53,929 bases of DNA from Nocardioidaceae bacterium (GTDB taxonomy: Bacteria > Actinomycetota > Actinomycetes > Propionibacteriales > Nocardioidaceae). The translations under genes were made by a program, and so were the position numbers. The notes below the pieces were generated by a model. It had not been told where the DNA came from. It ran no database searches and saw only the letters and a program-made list of their open reading frames with translations. How positions within the stretch are numbered: the stretch's first letter is position 1; every line of letters starts with the position of its first letter. The stretch is taken from contig JAWWPF010000032.1 in NCBI GenBank assembly GCA_033850795.1, positions 1-53,929 on the forward strand, in the 5' to 3' direction. Below, one piece after another: positions 1 to 9,182 of the stretch.

Positions 1-261
1 GGGGACCACGCCACCGCCGAGCACCCGGTCCAGCTCCGGGACGCCGCTGGTGCGGGCCCGGGAGTCCTCGGCGGGGACCTGGCCGATCGGCACGGCCGGG
101 GAGCTCACCGGCCCGGCCGACGTCCGCCCGGCCGGCTGCCCGGCCGCCTCGGACACGCTGCCCCAGGTCTGGCACTCGCCGCACCGGCCCACCCACTTCG
201 CGGTCTCCCACCCGCACTCCGAGCACCGGTGGCTCGGCCTGGCCTGTCGCACTCTGCTCAT
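1..261 (-). CDS. radA: DNA repair protein RadA/Sms, N-terminal part (runs off window start)
   Basis: Not in the ORF track. The minus strand from ATG 261 reads MSRVRQARPSHRCSECGWETAKWVGRCGECQTWG...[16 protein letters not shown], i.e. the RadA C4 zinc finger plus the ELDRVLGGG motif. Confidence 0.95.
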   Translation of the reverse strand, partial: MSRVRQARPSHRCSECGWETAKWVGRCGECQTWGSVSEAAGQPAGRTSAGPVSSPAVPIGQVPAEDSRARTSGVPELDRVLGGGVVP

Positions 262-348
262 GCGTCCGACGGTAGGGCAGTGCGCCGACATTCCCCGGGA
301 GGCTGCACCGCCGCTTCGACGGCGGATCGGGTCGCCACATGAGAGCAT

Positions 349-360
349 TCGATCGATCCA
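349..360. promoter_or_regulatory. Candidate LacI-family operator (autoregulation)
   Basis: TCGATCGATCCA is one mismatch from the CG-centred palindrome TGGATCGATCCA and lies about 36 nt upstream of the LacI ATG. Confidence 0.45.
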
Positions 361-396
361 GACCACAGCCACGCACCGTCCGGGGGGAGACCGGCA

Positions 397-1437
397 ATGT
401 CGACGCCGGCCAGGCACACCGACAGCGCGCCGACCCTGGCGACCGTGGCCGAGGAGGCCGGGGTGTCCCGGCAGACGGTCTCCAACGCCCTCAACAGCCC
501 GGACCTCCTGCGTCCCGACACCCTCGTGCGGGTCCAGCAGGCCATCGACAAGCTCGGCTACTCCCCGAACCGGGCCGCGCGAAGCCTGCGGACCCGGTCC
601 TCGCAGCTGATCGGGCTCCGGGTGGACCCCGCGGTCGAGGACACCGCCAACGCGCTGATGGACCGGTTCGTGCACTCCCTGGTGGAGAGCACCGAGGTGG
701 CCGGCTACCACGTCCTGCTCTTCACCGCGGGGGCGGACGACGACGCCAACGAGCCCTACGACGCGCTCCTGCGGTCCGCGGCGGTCGACGCGTTCGTGGT
801 GACGGACACCTTCCGCGGCAACCCCCACGCGGACTGGCTCAGCAGGCAGGGGGTCCCGTTCGTGGCGTTCGGCCGGCCCTGGGACGAGCCCGCCGCGCCC
901 CATCCGTGGGTGGACGTGGACGGGCGGGCCGGGGTGACCCTTGCCGTCGACCACCTGGTGGAGCGGGCACACAGCCGCATCGCCTGGGTGGGCTGGCAGA
1001 AGGGGTCCTTGATCGGCGAGGACCGGCGCAGCGGGTGGGTGGCCCGCATGCACGAGCACGGCCTGTCCACGAGCCGGCTGTCGGCGCGGGGGGACGACTC
1101 GCTGGAGTTCGGCCAGCGCGCGGCCCACGCCCTGCTGGACGTGAGCCCGGACGACCGGCCGACCGGCTTCGTCTGCGCGAGCGACACCCTGGCGATGGGG
1201 ATCATCCGGGCCCTCGCCGACCGCGGCCTGGTGCCGGGCCACAACCTGGCCGTGGTCGGCTTCGACGACTCCATCGCCGCCCAGGTCTGCACTCCCGCCC
1301 TCACGTCCGTCCGGCAGCCCCTGGAGCAGGTCGCGGTCGAGGTGGTCCGCTTCCTCGGCGAGCTGCTCGCCCACCGGCCCATCGAGAACCCCTCCCTGGT
1401 GCTGACGCCGACCCTCAGCGTCCGCGCGACGAGCTAG
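397..1437 (+). CDS. LacI-family transcriptional regulator
   Basis: N-terminal TLATVAEEAGVSRQTVSNALN HTH with hinge YSPNRAARSL; C-terminal VVGFDD...PALTSVRQP. Confidence 0.95.
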   Translation: MSTPARHTDSAPTLATVAEEAGVSRQTVSNALNSPDLLRPDTLVRVQQAIDKLGYSPNRAARSLRTRSSQLIGLRVDPAVEDTANALMDRFVHSLVESTEVAGYHVLLFTAGADDDANEPYDALLRSAAVDAFVVTDTFRGNPHADWLSRQGVPFVAFGRPWDEPAAPHPWVDVDGRAGVTLAVDHLVERAHSRIAWVGWQKGSLIGEDRRSGWVARMHEHGLSTSRLSARGDDSLEFGQRAAHALLDVSPDDRPTGFVCASDTLAMGIIRALADRGLVPGHNLAVVGFDDSIAAQVCTPALTSVRQPLEQVAVEVVRFLGELLAHRPIENPSLVLTPTLSVRATS

Positions 1438-2138
1438 AACTCTCGCCACCACAGGTTGACCGCGTAGTCCACCCGCGTCCCGGCGTGCTCGCCGAGCACC
1501 TCCGCGGCGACCGCCTCGCTCAGCTCGATGCGTACGACGGACTCCAGCTCGGCTCGCGTCGCGAACCGCCACTCGATGTCCAGAGCCCTCCTCTGCCACC
1601 CGTGGAGGGACCAGAAGCGCTCCACCTCCGCCGGGTCCACGCTCGGGTATCCGCGCCTGAACCAGGAGCCGAAGGTGCTCCGCGAGGCGTCGTTGTCGAC
1701 GACGAACGCGGTCCCGCCACGTCTCATGATCCGGTCCAGCTCGCGCAGGCCGGGCTCGCAGCCCGGCCCGAAGAAGTACGCCCACCTGGCCTGCATGACG
1801 TCCACGGACGCCGGAGAGAGCGGGATCCGCTGCGCCGTACCCGAGTGCACGGAGACGTTCGCCAGCCGTCGGGTACGGCGGGCCGCCAGCCGCAGCAGGT
1901 CCGGATGCGGCTCGACGCCGTAGACCCGTCGCGCCTGCTCGGCCCAGCGGGGCAGGTGGAAGCCGGTCCCGCAGCCCAGGTCCAGCAGGTCGCGGCCCGA
2001 CCACCCGGGCTCGCCGAGAACCTCGCGCATCGCCGTCTCGATGACTCCGTCCGGGTCGGCCGAGCGGTTCTCGAGCTCATAGGTCTCGGTGTGGTGCCAG
2101 ATGTTGGGGCTCGGGACCGCGCCCTCGAGCGGCGGCAT
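1434..2138 (-). CDS. Class I SAM-dependent methyltransferase
   Basis: LLDLGCGTG motif I, GVEP motif II, RIMRRGG. Confidence 0.9.
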   Translation of the reverse strand: MPPLEGAVPSPNIWHHTETYELENRSADPDGVIETAMREVLGEPGWSGRDLLDLGCGTGFHLPRWAEQARRVYGVEPHPDLLRLAARRTRRLANVSVHSGTAQRIPLSPASVDVMQARWAYFFGPGCEPGLRELDRIMRRGGTAFVVDNDASRSTFGSWFRRGYPSVDPAEVERFWSLHGWQRRALDIEWRFATRAELESVVRIELSEAVAAEVLGEHAGTRVDYAVNLWWREF

Positions 2139-2154
2139 GCGACTGGGCCCGACG

Positions 2155-2793
2155 TCAGATCCGGACGATGCCGCGCGGGGTGCGGAACTGCACCGCCGTC
2201 ACCCCGGGCGCTCCGTTGGGGGCGACCCAGTCGACGAGCACGTCCTCGAGCGGACCCTCCACGCAGTTGCCCAGCCAGTCGTCGACGCGGGCAGGGTCCC
2301 CGGCGATCTCCAGCGCCTCGAGGTGCACCCTGCCGGAGCCCCCGGCGCTCGGGTGCTGGTGGGGCGGGCACTGCCACTGCACGAAGAACGGCAGCTGCGG
2401 GTCGGCCTGGAGCCCGCGCACGCCGATCTGGCGCCAGCGGAGCTCGACACCGTCGGGCCGGTGCCGGTTGCCCTGCACGGAGTCGCGGCCGAGCCGGGCC
2501 TCGACCTTGCCGATGTCCTGCACGGACACCACCCAGCCGAGCCAGCCGCCGCCCAGCGAGGAGCGGGCCCGCACCGCCTGCCCGAAGGGCGCCTTGTCCG
2601 ACGCCGGGTGGTCGAGCACCTCGACGACCTCCACGTAGGTCCCGGCGGAGAGCGGCAGGATCATGTTGCGGGTGCCGAAGCGCGGGTGGATGCCGCCGTC
2701 GTGGAACTCCTCGCCGAGCAGGGCGCCGATCCGGTAGGCCGTTCCCCAGAGCCCCTCCGGCCCGGCTGCGTACGAGACGTGGTCCAGGCGCAT
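2155..2793 (-). CDS. VOC/glyoxalase-like family protein
   Basis: MRLDHV...GGIHPRFGTRNMI...YVEVV...LPFFVQW (Glyoxalase_3-like). Start set at ATG 2793, 7 nt after a GAGAAT -10-like hexamer. Confidence 0.85.
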   Translation of the reverse strand: MRLDHVSYAAGPEGLWGTAYRIGALLGEEFHDGGIHPRFGTRNMILPLSAGTYVEVVEVLDHPASDKAPFGQAVRARSSLGGGWLGWVVSVQDIGKVEARLGRDSVQGNRHRPDGVELRWRQIGVRGLQADPQLPFFVQWQCPPHQHPSAGGSGRVHLEALEIAGDPARVDDWLGNCVEGPLEDVLVDWVAPNGAPGVTAVQFRTPRGIVRI

Positions 2794-2962
2794 ACCGAGC
2801 ATTCTCACCACTTCTCGGGCTCGCGAGGACACCGGGGTGGACTCCCGCGGCTCTTGTGCGAGTCGCCTCACGGGTGAAAAGTGGTCCCCGGCTCACAACG
2901 TGAGGAGGCGTGACGTGGCAGGCAGAACAGCATCGGGTCCGCCCTCGAAAGAGGGGGTGCCG

Positions 2963-5002
2963 GTGGCCGAGCAAGCCGCCGCGATCCGCAACGTGGTCCT
3001 CGTCGGGCCCGCGGGCTCAGGGAAGACGACACTGGTCGAGACGCTTCTGGTCTCGGCCGGTGTGCTGAACAGGGCGGGGTCCACCACCGACGGGACCACG
3101 GTCTGCGACTTCGACGAGTCGGAGCAGCGGCAGCAGAGGTCGGTGGGGCTGGCCCTGGCGCCGCTGGTGCACTCGGGCGTGAAGGTCAACCTGCTGGACA
3201 CCCCCGGCTACGCCGACTTCGTCGGTGAGCTGCGCGCCGGCCTGCGGGCCGCCGACTGCGCCATGTTCGTGCTGGCCGCCAACGAAGGGGTGGACGAGCC
3301 CACCCGGACCCTGTGGCGCGAGTGCGCCGAGGTGGGGATGCCCCGCGTGGTGGTGATCACCAAGCTGGACCATGCGCGAGCCGACTACGACGGCGTCGTC
3401 CTGGCGGCGCAGGACGCGTTCGGCGACAAGGTGCTGCCGGTCTACCTCCGCGAGGGCGACCGCCTGGTGGGCCTGATCACCGGGGACCACGCGCACGACG
3501 ACCAGCGCGGTGCCCTGATCGAGGGGGTCATCGAGGAGTCCGAGGACGAGACGCTCATGGAGCGCTACCTCGGTGGGGAGGAGGTGGACGCCAAGCTGCT
3601 CGTCGACGACCTCGAGCGAGCGGTCGTCCGCGGCTCGTTCCACCCCGTGCTCCCCGTCGACTCCTCGACCGGCGTGGGCGCGCGTGAGCTGCTCGACCTC
3701 GTGGTCGCGGGGCTCCCCTCGCCTCTCGAGCGCCCCGCGCCCGAAGTCTTCACGCCGGCCGGCAAGCAGGGCCCAGCACTGCGCTGCGACCCCGAAGGGC
3801 CGCTGGTCGCCGAGGTGGTCAAGACGACGAGCGACCCCTACGTGGGCCGGGTCAGCCTGGTCCGGGTCTTCTCCGGCACCCTGCGCCCGGATGCCACGGT
3901 CCACGTCTCGGGCCACCTCAGCGACTTCTACGGCGAGGAGCGGGGACGGCTCGCCGGGCACGAGGACCACGACGAGGACGAGCGGATCGGTGCGCTGTCG
4001 ATCCCGCTCGGCAAGGTGCAGCGCCCCGCCGACCAGGTGGTGGCGGGCGACATCTGCGCCATCGGGAGGCTGAGCCGGGCCGAGACGGGCGACACCCTCT
4101 CGGACAAGGAGCAGCCGCTGGTTCTGCGGCCGTGGAACATGCCGGAACCCCTGCTGCCGCTCGCGATCCAGGCCCGCGCCAAGACCGACGAGGACAAGCT
4201 CGGCCAGGGGCTGCAGCGGCTGGCGGCCGAGGACCCGACGCTCCGGATCGAGCACAACGCCGAGACGCACCAGATCGTGCTGTGGACCATGGGCGAGGCG
4301 CATGCCGACGTGCTCCTCGACCGGCTCGAGCACCGGCACGGGGTGGCCGTGGACCAGGTCGAGCTGCGGGTCCCGCTGCGGGAGACGTTCGCCGGCCCCG
4401 CCACCGCCCACGGCCGGCACGTCAAGCAGTCCGGCGGCCACGGCCAGTTCGCGGTGTGCGACATCCAGGTCGAGCCGCTCCCCGGCGGCTCCGGGTTCGA
4501 GTTCGTCGACAAGGTCGTCGGTGGCGCCGTCCCTCGGCAGTTCATCCCGTCCGTGGAGAAGGGCGTCCGGGCCCAGATGGAGCGCGGCGTGGTCGCCGGC
4601 TACCCGCTGGTCGACATCCGGGTCACCCTCGTCGACGGGAAGTCGCACAGCGTCGACTCCTCGGACATGGCGTTCCAGACGGCGGCGGCGCTGGCCCTGC
4701 GCGAGGCCGCCTCCTCCGCACAGACCTGTCTCCTCGAGCCGGTGGACGAGATCGCCGTCCTGGTCCCTGACGACCTCGTCGGCACGGTGATGAGCGACCT
4801 CTCGGGGCGGCGCGGCCGGGTCACCGGCAGCGAGTCGGTCGGTGGTGACCGCACGCTGGTGCGGGCCGAGGTCCCCGAGGTGGAGATCACCCGCTACGCC
4901 GTCGACCTGCGCGCGTTCTCCCACGGCGCCGCCTCGTTCACCCGGACCTTCGCCCGCTACGAGCCCATGCCGGGCAACGTGGCCGCGAAGATAGTCGGCT
5001 GA
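2963..5002 (+). CDS. fusA2: Elongation factor G-like protein EF-G2 (FusA2 type)
   Basis: IRNVVLVGPAGSGKTTL, NLLDTPGYADF, TKLD, KQSGGHGQF, HSVDSSDMAF, LLEP. The divergent G motifs are typical of EF-G2. Start at GTG 2963 after GAGGGGG. Confidence 0.92.
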   Translation: MAEQAAAIRNVVLVGPAGSGKTTLVETLLVSAGVLNRAGSTTDGTTVCDFDESEQRQQRSVGLALAPLVHSGVKVNLLDTPGYADFVGELRAGLRAADCAMFVLAANEGVDEPTRTLWRECAEVGMPRVVVITKLDHARADYDGVVLAAQDAFGDKVLPVYLREGDRLVGLITGDHAHDDQRGALIEGVIEESEDETLMERYLGGEEVDAKLLVDDLERAVVRGSFHPVLPVDSSTGVGARELLDLVVAGLPSPLERPAPEVFTPAGKQGPALRCDPEGPLVAEVVKTTSDPYVGRVSLVRVFSGTLRPDATVHVSGHLSDFYGEERGRLAGHEDHDEDERIGALSIPLGKVQRPADQVVAGDICAIGRLSRAETGDTLSDKEQPLVLRPWNMPEPLLPLAIQARAKTDEDKLGQGLQRLAAEDPTLRIEHNAETHQIVLWTMGEAHADVLLDRLEHRHGVAVDQVELRVPLRETFAGPATAHGRHVKQSGGHGQFAVCDIQVEPLPGGSGFEFVDKVVGGAVPRQFIPSVEKGVRAQMERGVVAGYPLVDIRVTLVDGKSHSVDSSDMAFQTAAALALREAASSAQTCLLEPVDEIAVLVPDDLVGTVMSDLSGRRGRVTGSESVGGDRTLVRAEVPEVEITRYAVDLRAFSHGAASFTRTFARYEPMPGNVAAKIVG

Positions 5003-5006
5003 CCCC

Positions 5007-5756
5007 TCAGCGCGGGTCGGCGGGGTGCAGGGCCAGCGCGGACCGTGAGGCCAGGTGGGCCTCGCAGTGCCCGACCAGCTCGTCGTAGGCCGCCTGCCCC
5101 ATCAGCTCGACGAGCTCGGCGGCGTTCGACACGTACACCGGCTGCTGAGCCACGTGCGCCTCGGTGTTGCCCGAGCAGTACCAGTCCAGGTCGTGGCCGC
5201 CCGGCCCCCACCCGCGGCGGTCGTACTCGCCGATGGTGACCTCGGTGTACGCCGTGCCGTCGGGCAGCTCGACGTCGCGGAACGTGCGCCGGACCGGCAG
5301 CTGCCAGCACACGTCCGGCTTCGTCTCGAGGGGATGCCTGCCGAGGCGCAGCGCCAGCCCGTGCAGCGCGCAGCCCTCCCCACCCGCGAAGCCCGGCCGG
5401 TTCAGGAAGATGCAGGCACCTTCGTGGACCGCGGTCTTGCGGTCACCGTCCTCGTCGGTGTCGACCCACGAGCTGCGGCGCGCCGTACCCGCCTTGTGGA
5501 ACTGCCAGTGCCCGGGGTCGAGCTGCTTGACGTAGCCGCGAACCCGCTTCTCGTCGTCCTCGTCGGAGAAGTGCGCGCCCAGCGTGCAGCACCCGTCGTC
5601 GGGGCGCCCGGCGTAGATGCCTGCGCAGCCCTGGCCGAAGATGCACATCCATCGCGACGTCAGCCAGGTGAGGTCGCACTTGAACATCTGGGCGTCGTCC
5701 GCGGGATCAAGGAACTCGACGAAGGCGCGCGGGATGACGAGGTCGGTCTCGGGCAC
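5007..5756 (-). CDS. Conserved actinobacterial Cys-rich protein (Rv0495c-like, probable metal/Fe-S binding)
   Basis: [18 protein letters not shown]...GCC...GACIFL...GCALH...KPDVCWQLP; divergent from ppx as in Rv0495c/Rv0496. Confidence 0.8.
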   Translation of the reverse strand: MPETDLVIPRAFVEFLDPADDAQMFKCDLTWLTSRWMCIFGQGCAGIYAGRPDDGCCTLGAHFSDEDDEKRVRGYVKQLDPGHWQFHKAGTARRSSWVDTDEDGDRKTAVHEGACIFLNRPGFAGGEGCALHGLALRLGRHPLETKPDVCWQLPVRRTFRDVELPDGTAYTEVTIGEYDRRGWGPGGHDLDWYCSGNTEAHVAQQPVYVSNAAELVELMGQAAYDELVGHCEAHLASRSALALHPADPR

Positions 5757-5792
5757 GCGGGCCACCCTACGTCGCGCACTAAGGTTCAGGGC

Positions 5793-6722
5793 ATGAGGCT
5801 GGGCGTGCTGGACATCGGCTCCAACACCGGGCACCTGCTGGTGGTCGACGCCAGGGGCGGCGCGGCGCCGATGCCCGCCTACTCCCACAAGGAGCCGCTG
5901 CGGCTCGCCGAGCACCTCGACGACTCCGGGTGCGTGGACGAGGCCGGGGTCGACGCGCTGGTCGACTTCGTGTCCTCCGCGGTCGTGGTGGCCGAGGACA
6001 AGGGCTGCGCCGAGCTGGCCGGGTTCGCGACCTCCGCGGTGCGGGACGCCGCCAACTGCGACGAGGTGCTGGGACAGGTGCGCGCCACCACCGGGGTCGA
6101 GATCGAGGTGCTGGCGGGCGACGACGAGGCCCGGCTGACCTTCCTCGCCGTACGCCGGTGGTTCGGCTGGTCCTCGGGGCGGCTGGCGGTCTTCGACATC
6201 GGCGGCGGGTCGCTGGAGCTGGCCGTCGGCTCGGACGAGGCGCCGGACGTGGCGCAGTCGCTGCCGCTGGGGGCCGCACGCCTGACCCGTGAGCACCTCC
6301 GGGGCGGTGCCGACCCCGACGTGGTCCGGGATCTGCGCCGGATGATCCGGGCCGTCATCGCGCGCGACGCCGGCCCGGTGACCCGGGCGGCACCGGACCA
6401 CTCGGTGGCGACCTCGAAGACGTTCCGGTCGCTGGCCCGCATCTGCGGCGCCGCGCCGAGCGCGGAAGGGCTGCGGGTGCGCCGGGTCCTGGACGCGGAG
6501 ACGCTGCGGGGCATGCTCCCCAAGCTGCTCGCCATGTCCTCCGCGGACGTGGCCGCCCTGCCGGGCGTCTCACCGAGCCGGGCCCACCAGATCGTCGCCG
6601 GGGCGCTCGTCGCCGACGCGGTGATGGACCTCTTCGACCTCGCCGAGCTGGAGATCTGCCCCTGGGCGCTGCGGGAGGGGATCATCCTCGAGCGGCTCGA
6701 CCGGATCGGCGTGCGCGGTTGA
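5793..6722 (+). CDS. ppx: Ppx/GppA exopolyphosphatase
   Basis: [42 protein letters not shown]. Confidence 0.93.
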   Translation: MRLGVLDIGSNTGHLLVVDARGGAAPMPAYSHKEPLRLAEHLDDSGCVDEAGVDALVDFVSSAVVVAEDKGCAELAGFATSAVRDAANCDEVLGQVRATTGVEIEVLAGDDEARLTFLAVRRWFGWSSGRLAVFDIGGGSLELAVGSDEAPDVAQSLPLGAARLTREHLRGGADPDVVRDLRRMIRAVIARDAGPVTRAAPDHSVATSKTFRSLARICGAAPSAEGLRVRRVLDAETLRGMLPKLLAMSSADVAALPGVSPSRAHQIVAGALVADAVMDLFDLAELEICPWALREGIILERLDRIGVRG

Positions 6723-7504
6723 TCGCCCTGTCCACGGCCTCGGTCTACCCCGAGTCCACCGCCGACGGCTTCGAGCTCGCCTCGCGGCTCGACTACGACG
6801 CCGTCGAGGTGATGGTCGGGATCGACCCGATCAGCCAGGAGGTCGACGCGGTGCGGCACCTCTCGGAGCACTACGGGATGCCGGTGTGCGCGGTGCACGC
6901 GCCGTGCCTGCTGATCACCCAGCGGGTCTGGGGCACCGAGCCCTGGGGCAAGCTGGAGAAGAGCGCCGAGATGGCGGCCGCGGTGGGCGCCGACGTGGTC
7001 GTCGTACACCCCCCGTTCCGGTGGCAGCGGGAGTACGCCCGCGGCTTCGTGGCCGGCATCGCGGAGATCGAGCAGCGGACCGGGGTCGCGTTCGCGGTGG
7101 AGAACATGTACCCCTGGCGGGCCCCCCGGCGCGAGATGGAGGCGTACGCCCCGAGCTGGGACCCCTCGGAGCAGGACTACGCGCACACCACGATCGACCT
7201 GTCCCACACCGCGGTGTCGCGCTCGGACCCGGTCGAGATGGCCCGACGGCTCGGGTCGCGGCTGCGGCACGTGCACCTGACCGACGGCACCGGCTCGGCC
7301 AGGGACGAGCACCTGGTCCCGGGGCGGGGCACGCAGCCGGTCGCGGAGCTGCTCGAGCACCTGGCCGGCGAGCGGTTCGAGGGCCACCTGGTCGTGGAGA
7401 TCAACACCCGCAAGGCCGCGGACCGGCAGGCCCGGGAGCTCGACCTGATGGAGGCGCTGGCCTTCGCCCGGCTCAACTTCGCGGCCGCGCCCGAGCCCCG
7501 ATGA
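6719..7504 (+). CDS. Sugar phosphate isomerase/epimerase (AP endonuclease 2 TIM barrel), Rv0498-like
   Basis: [31 protein letters not shown]; TTG start overlaps the ppx stop. Confidence 0.85.
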   Translation: MIALSTASVYPESTADGFELASRLDYDAVEVMVGIDPISQEVDAVRHLSEHYGMPVCAVHAPCLLITQRVWGTEPWGKLEKSAEMAAAVGADVVVVHPPFRWQREYARGFVAGIAEIEQRTGVAFAVENMYPWRAPRREMEAYAPSWDPSEQDYAHTTIDLSHTAVSRSDPVEMARRLGSRLRHVHLTDGTGSARDEHLVPGRGTQPVAELLEHLAGERFEGHLVVEINTRKAADRQARELDLMEALAFARLNFAAAPEPR

Positions 7505-8106
7505 GCGCTCCGGCCCGCGGCCGAGGCCGCCGACCGGGCGGCCCGGACACCCGCGGCGCGATCCTGCTCGCGGCGCGCAGGTCCTTCGCCGACAAGGGCT
7601 TCGGGAGTACGACGATCCGCGCCGTTGCCGCGGAGGCCGAGGTCGACCCGGCTCTGGTGCACCACTACTTCGGGTCCAAGGACGACCTGTTCCTCGCCGC
7701 CCTGGAGATCCCCGTCGACCCGCGCGCGCTGCTGCCCACGGTCTTCGAGGGCGGTGTGACCGGTGCCGGCGAGCGGCTGCTGCGGATCTTCCTGTCCGTG
7801 TGGGACGACCCCCGCGCGCGGCTGCCGCTGATCGCCCTGGTGCGCAGCAGCCTGGTGCAGGAGGGCCCGGAGAGCCTGCTGCAGCAGGGCATCCTGCGGA
7901 TGATCCTCGAGCCGCTGCGGACCGCGTTGCCCTCGGCGGAGGCCGACAGGCGGGTCCAGCTGGTGATCAGCCAGATGGCCGGCCTGGTGATGACGCGCTA
8001 CCTGCTCGCCCTGGAGCCGCTGGCCTCGATGCCGGCCGACGAGGTCGTCGCCTGGGTGGCGCCGACGCTTCAGCGCTACCTGGACGGGCCGCTTCCGGCG
8101 GGGTGA
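7501..8106 (+). CDS. TetR-family transcriptional regulator
   Basis: [48 protein letters not shown]; ATGA overlap with the upstream gene. Confidence 0.93.
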   Translation: MSAPARGRGRRPGGPDTRGAILLAARRSFADKGFGSTTIRAVAAEAEVDPALVHHYFGSKDDLFLAALEIPVDPRALLPTVFEGGVTGAGERLLRIFLSVWDDPRARLPLIALVRSSLVQEGPESLLQQGILRMILEPLRTALPSAEADRRVQLVISQMAGLVMTRYLLALEPLASMPADEVVAWVAPTLQRYLDGPLPAG

Positions 8107-8133
8107 CTCGGGGTTGAGGCGGGTCCTTGGGCC

Positions 8134-8177
8134 GGTCGTTGGGTTGGTCGTTGGGTTGGTCGTCGGGTTGGTCGTCG
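8134..8177. repeat. 12-bp tandem repeat GGTCGT(T/C)GGGTT, about 3.5 copies
   Basis: ggtcgttgggtt ggtcgttgggtt ggtcgtcgggtt ggtcgtcg, read directly. Confidence 0.8.
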
Positions 8178-8302
8178 GCGAGCCAGCCGTCGGGTGACTT
8201 CGGGGGCGCCAGCGGACCCCAGATGAGCTCATGCGTGGTCTCCGAGCGCCGGGGACCGCTCGTTCGGCATTTCTGGCGCCGGCTGTCACGACGCACCCGC
8301 CA

Positions 8303-8366
8303 AAACCGGCACACCCCTGCCGTTGTTACGTCGGGGATGTGCCGGTTTACCCGGGGCCCCTGGTAA
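8303..8366. repeat. Intergenic inverted repeats (REP-like or terminator hairpins)
   Basis: AAACCGGCACACCCC...GGGGATGTGCCGGTTT (8303-8348), then the near-perfect palindrome TTACCCGGGGCCCCTGGTAA (8347-8366). Confidence 0.65.
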
Positions 8367-8417
8367 TCGGCCGAGCGAGCCGACCGGCCGGCGGCCCACG
8401 CCAGTGCAGCTCGGCTC

Positions 8418-8462
8418 TTGACGTGGAGCCCCCACGGCCCCAGAATTCAACACATGATGAAT
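8418..8462 (+). promoter_or_regulatory. Housekeeping-sigma promoter with overlapping candidate TetR operator
   Basis: TTGACG-N17-CAGAAT lies 7 nt before ATG 8454; the inverted repeat ATTCA-N8-TGAAT (8445-8462) spans the start codon. Confidence 0.65.
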
Positions 8463-9182
8463 AACGAGCCGGTGCTCGACGTACGCGACCTGGTGGTGCA
8501 GCGTGGACGGGTCCACGCCATCCGGGAGCTGAGCTTCTCGATGCGGGCCGGCGAGGTCACCGGCCTCCTCGGGCCGTCCGGGTGCGGCAAGTCGACACTG
8601 ATGCGGGCCGTCGTGGGCGTGCAGGTCCTCACCAGCGGGACCGTCGAGGTCCTCGGGCTGCCTGCCGGCGACCGGCGGCTGCGCGACCGGGTCGGCTACG
8701 TGACCCAGGCGCCCAGCGTCTACGACGACCTCACGGTGACCGAGAACCTGCGCTTCTTCTGCCGCGTGCTCGGCGCCCCCGCAAGCGAGGTGGACCGCTG
8801 CATCGTCGCGGTCGACCTCGGGTCGCACCGGGACCAGGTCGTCTCACGGCTCTCCGGCGGGCAGCGGTCCCGCGTCTCGCTGGCGGTGGCGCTGCTCGGC
8901 AGCCCGGAGCTGCTGGTCCTCGACGAGCCGACCGTGGGTCTGGACCCGGTGCTTCGCCGGGACCTGTGGGCGATGTTCCACGAGCTCGCGGCGGGCGGGA
9001 CCGGCGTGCTGGTCTCGAGCCACGTGATGGACGAGGCCGAGCGCTGCGACCGGCTGCTGCTGATGCGGGACGGGGCGCTGCTCGCCGTGGACACGCCGCA
9101 GGCGCTCCTGCAGCGGACCGGCACCGAGGACGTCGAGTCGGCGTTCCTGTCCCTGGTCGACGGGACGAGGGAGGCGGCATGA
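8454..9182 (+). CDS. ABC exporter ATP-binding subunit
   Basis: GPSGCGKS Walker A, LSGGQ signature, LLVLDEPT, SSH. Confidence 0.95.
   Translation: MMNNEPVLDVRDLVVQRGRVHAIRELSFSMRAGEVTGLLGPSGCGKSTLMRAVVGVQVLTSGTVEVLGLPAGDRRLRDRVGYVTQAPSVYDDLTVTENLRFFCRVLGAPASEVDRCIVAVDLGSHRDQVVSRLSGGQRSRVSLAVALLGSPELLVLDEPTVGLDPVLRRDLWAMFHELAAGGTGVLVSSHVMDEAERCDRLLLMRDGALLAVDTPQALLQRTGTEDVESAFLSLVDGTREAA

Noticed and set aside
339-2903. Long alternative-frame and antisense ORFs (e.g. 339-2903, 23776-26511, 37050-40007, 41012-43180)
   Set aside because: Shadow ORFs caused by high GC3. They are Arg/Pro/Gly-rich, lack family motifs and overlap well-supported genes.
2855-2905. CRP/GlxR-like site or CTCAC-AAC-GTGAG palindrome between the VOC gene and EF-G2
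   Set aside because: The spacing does not fit TGTGA-N6-TCACA, and the palindrome is short enough to arise by chance.
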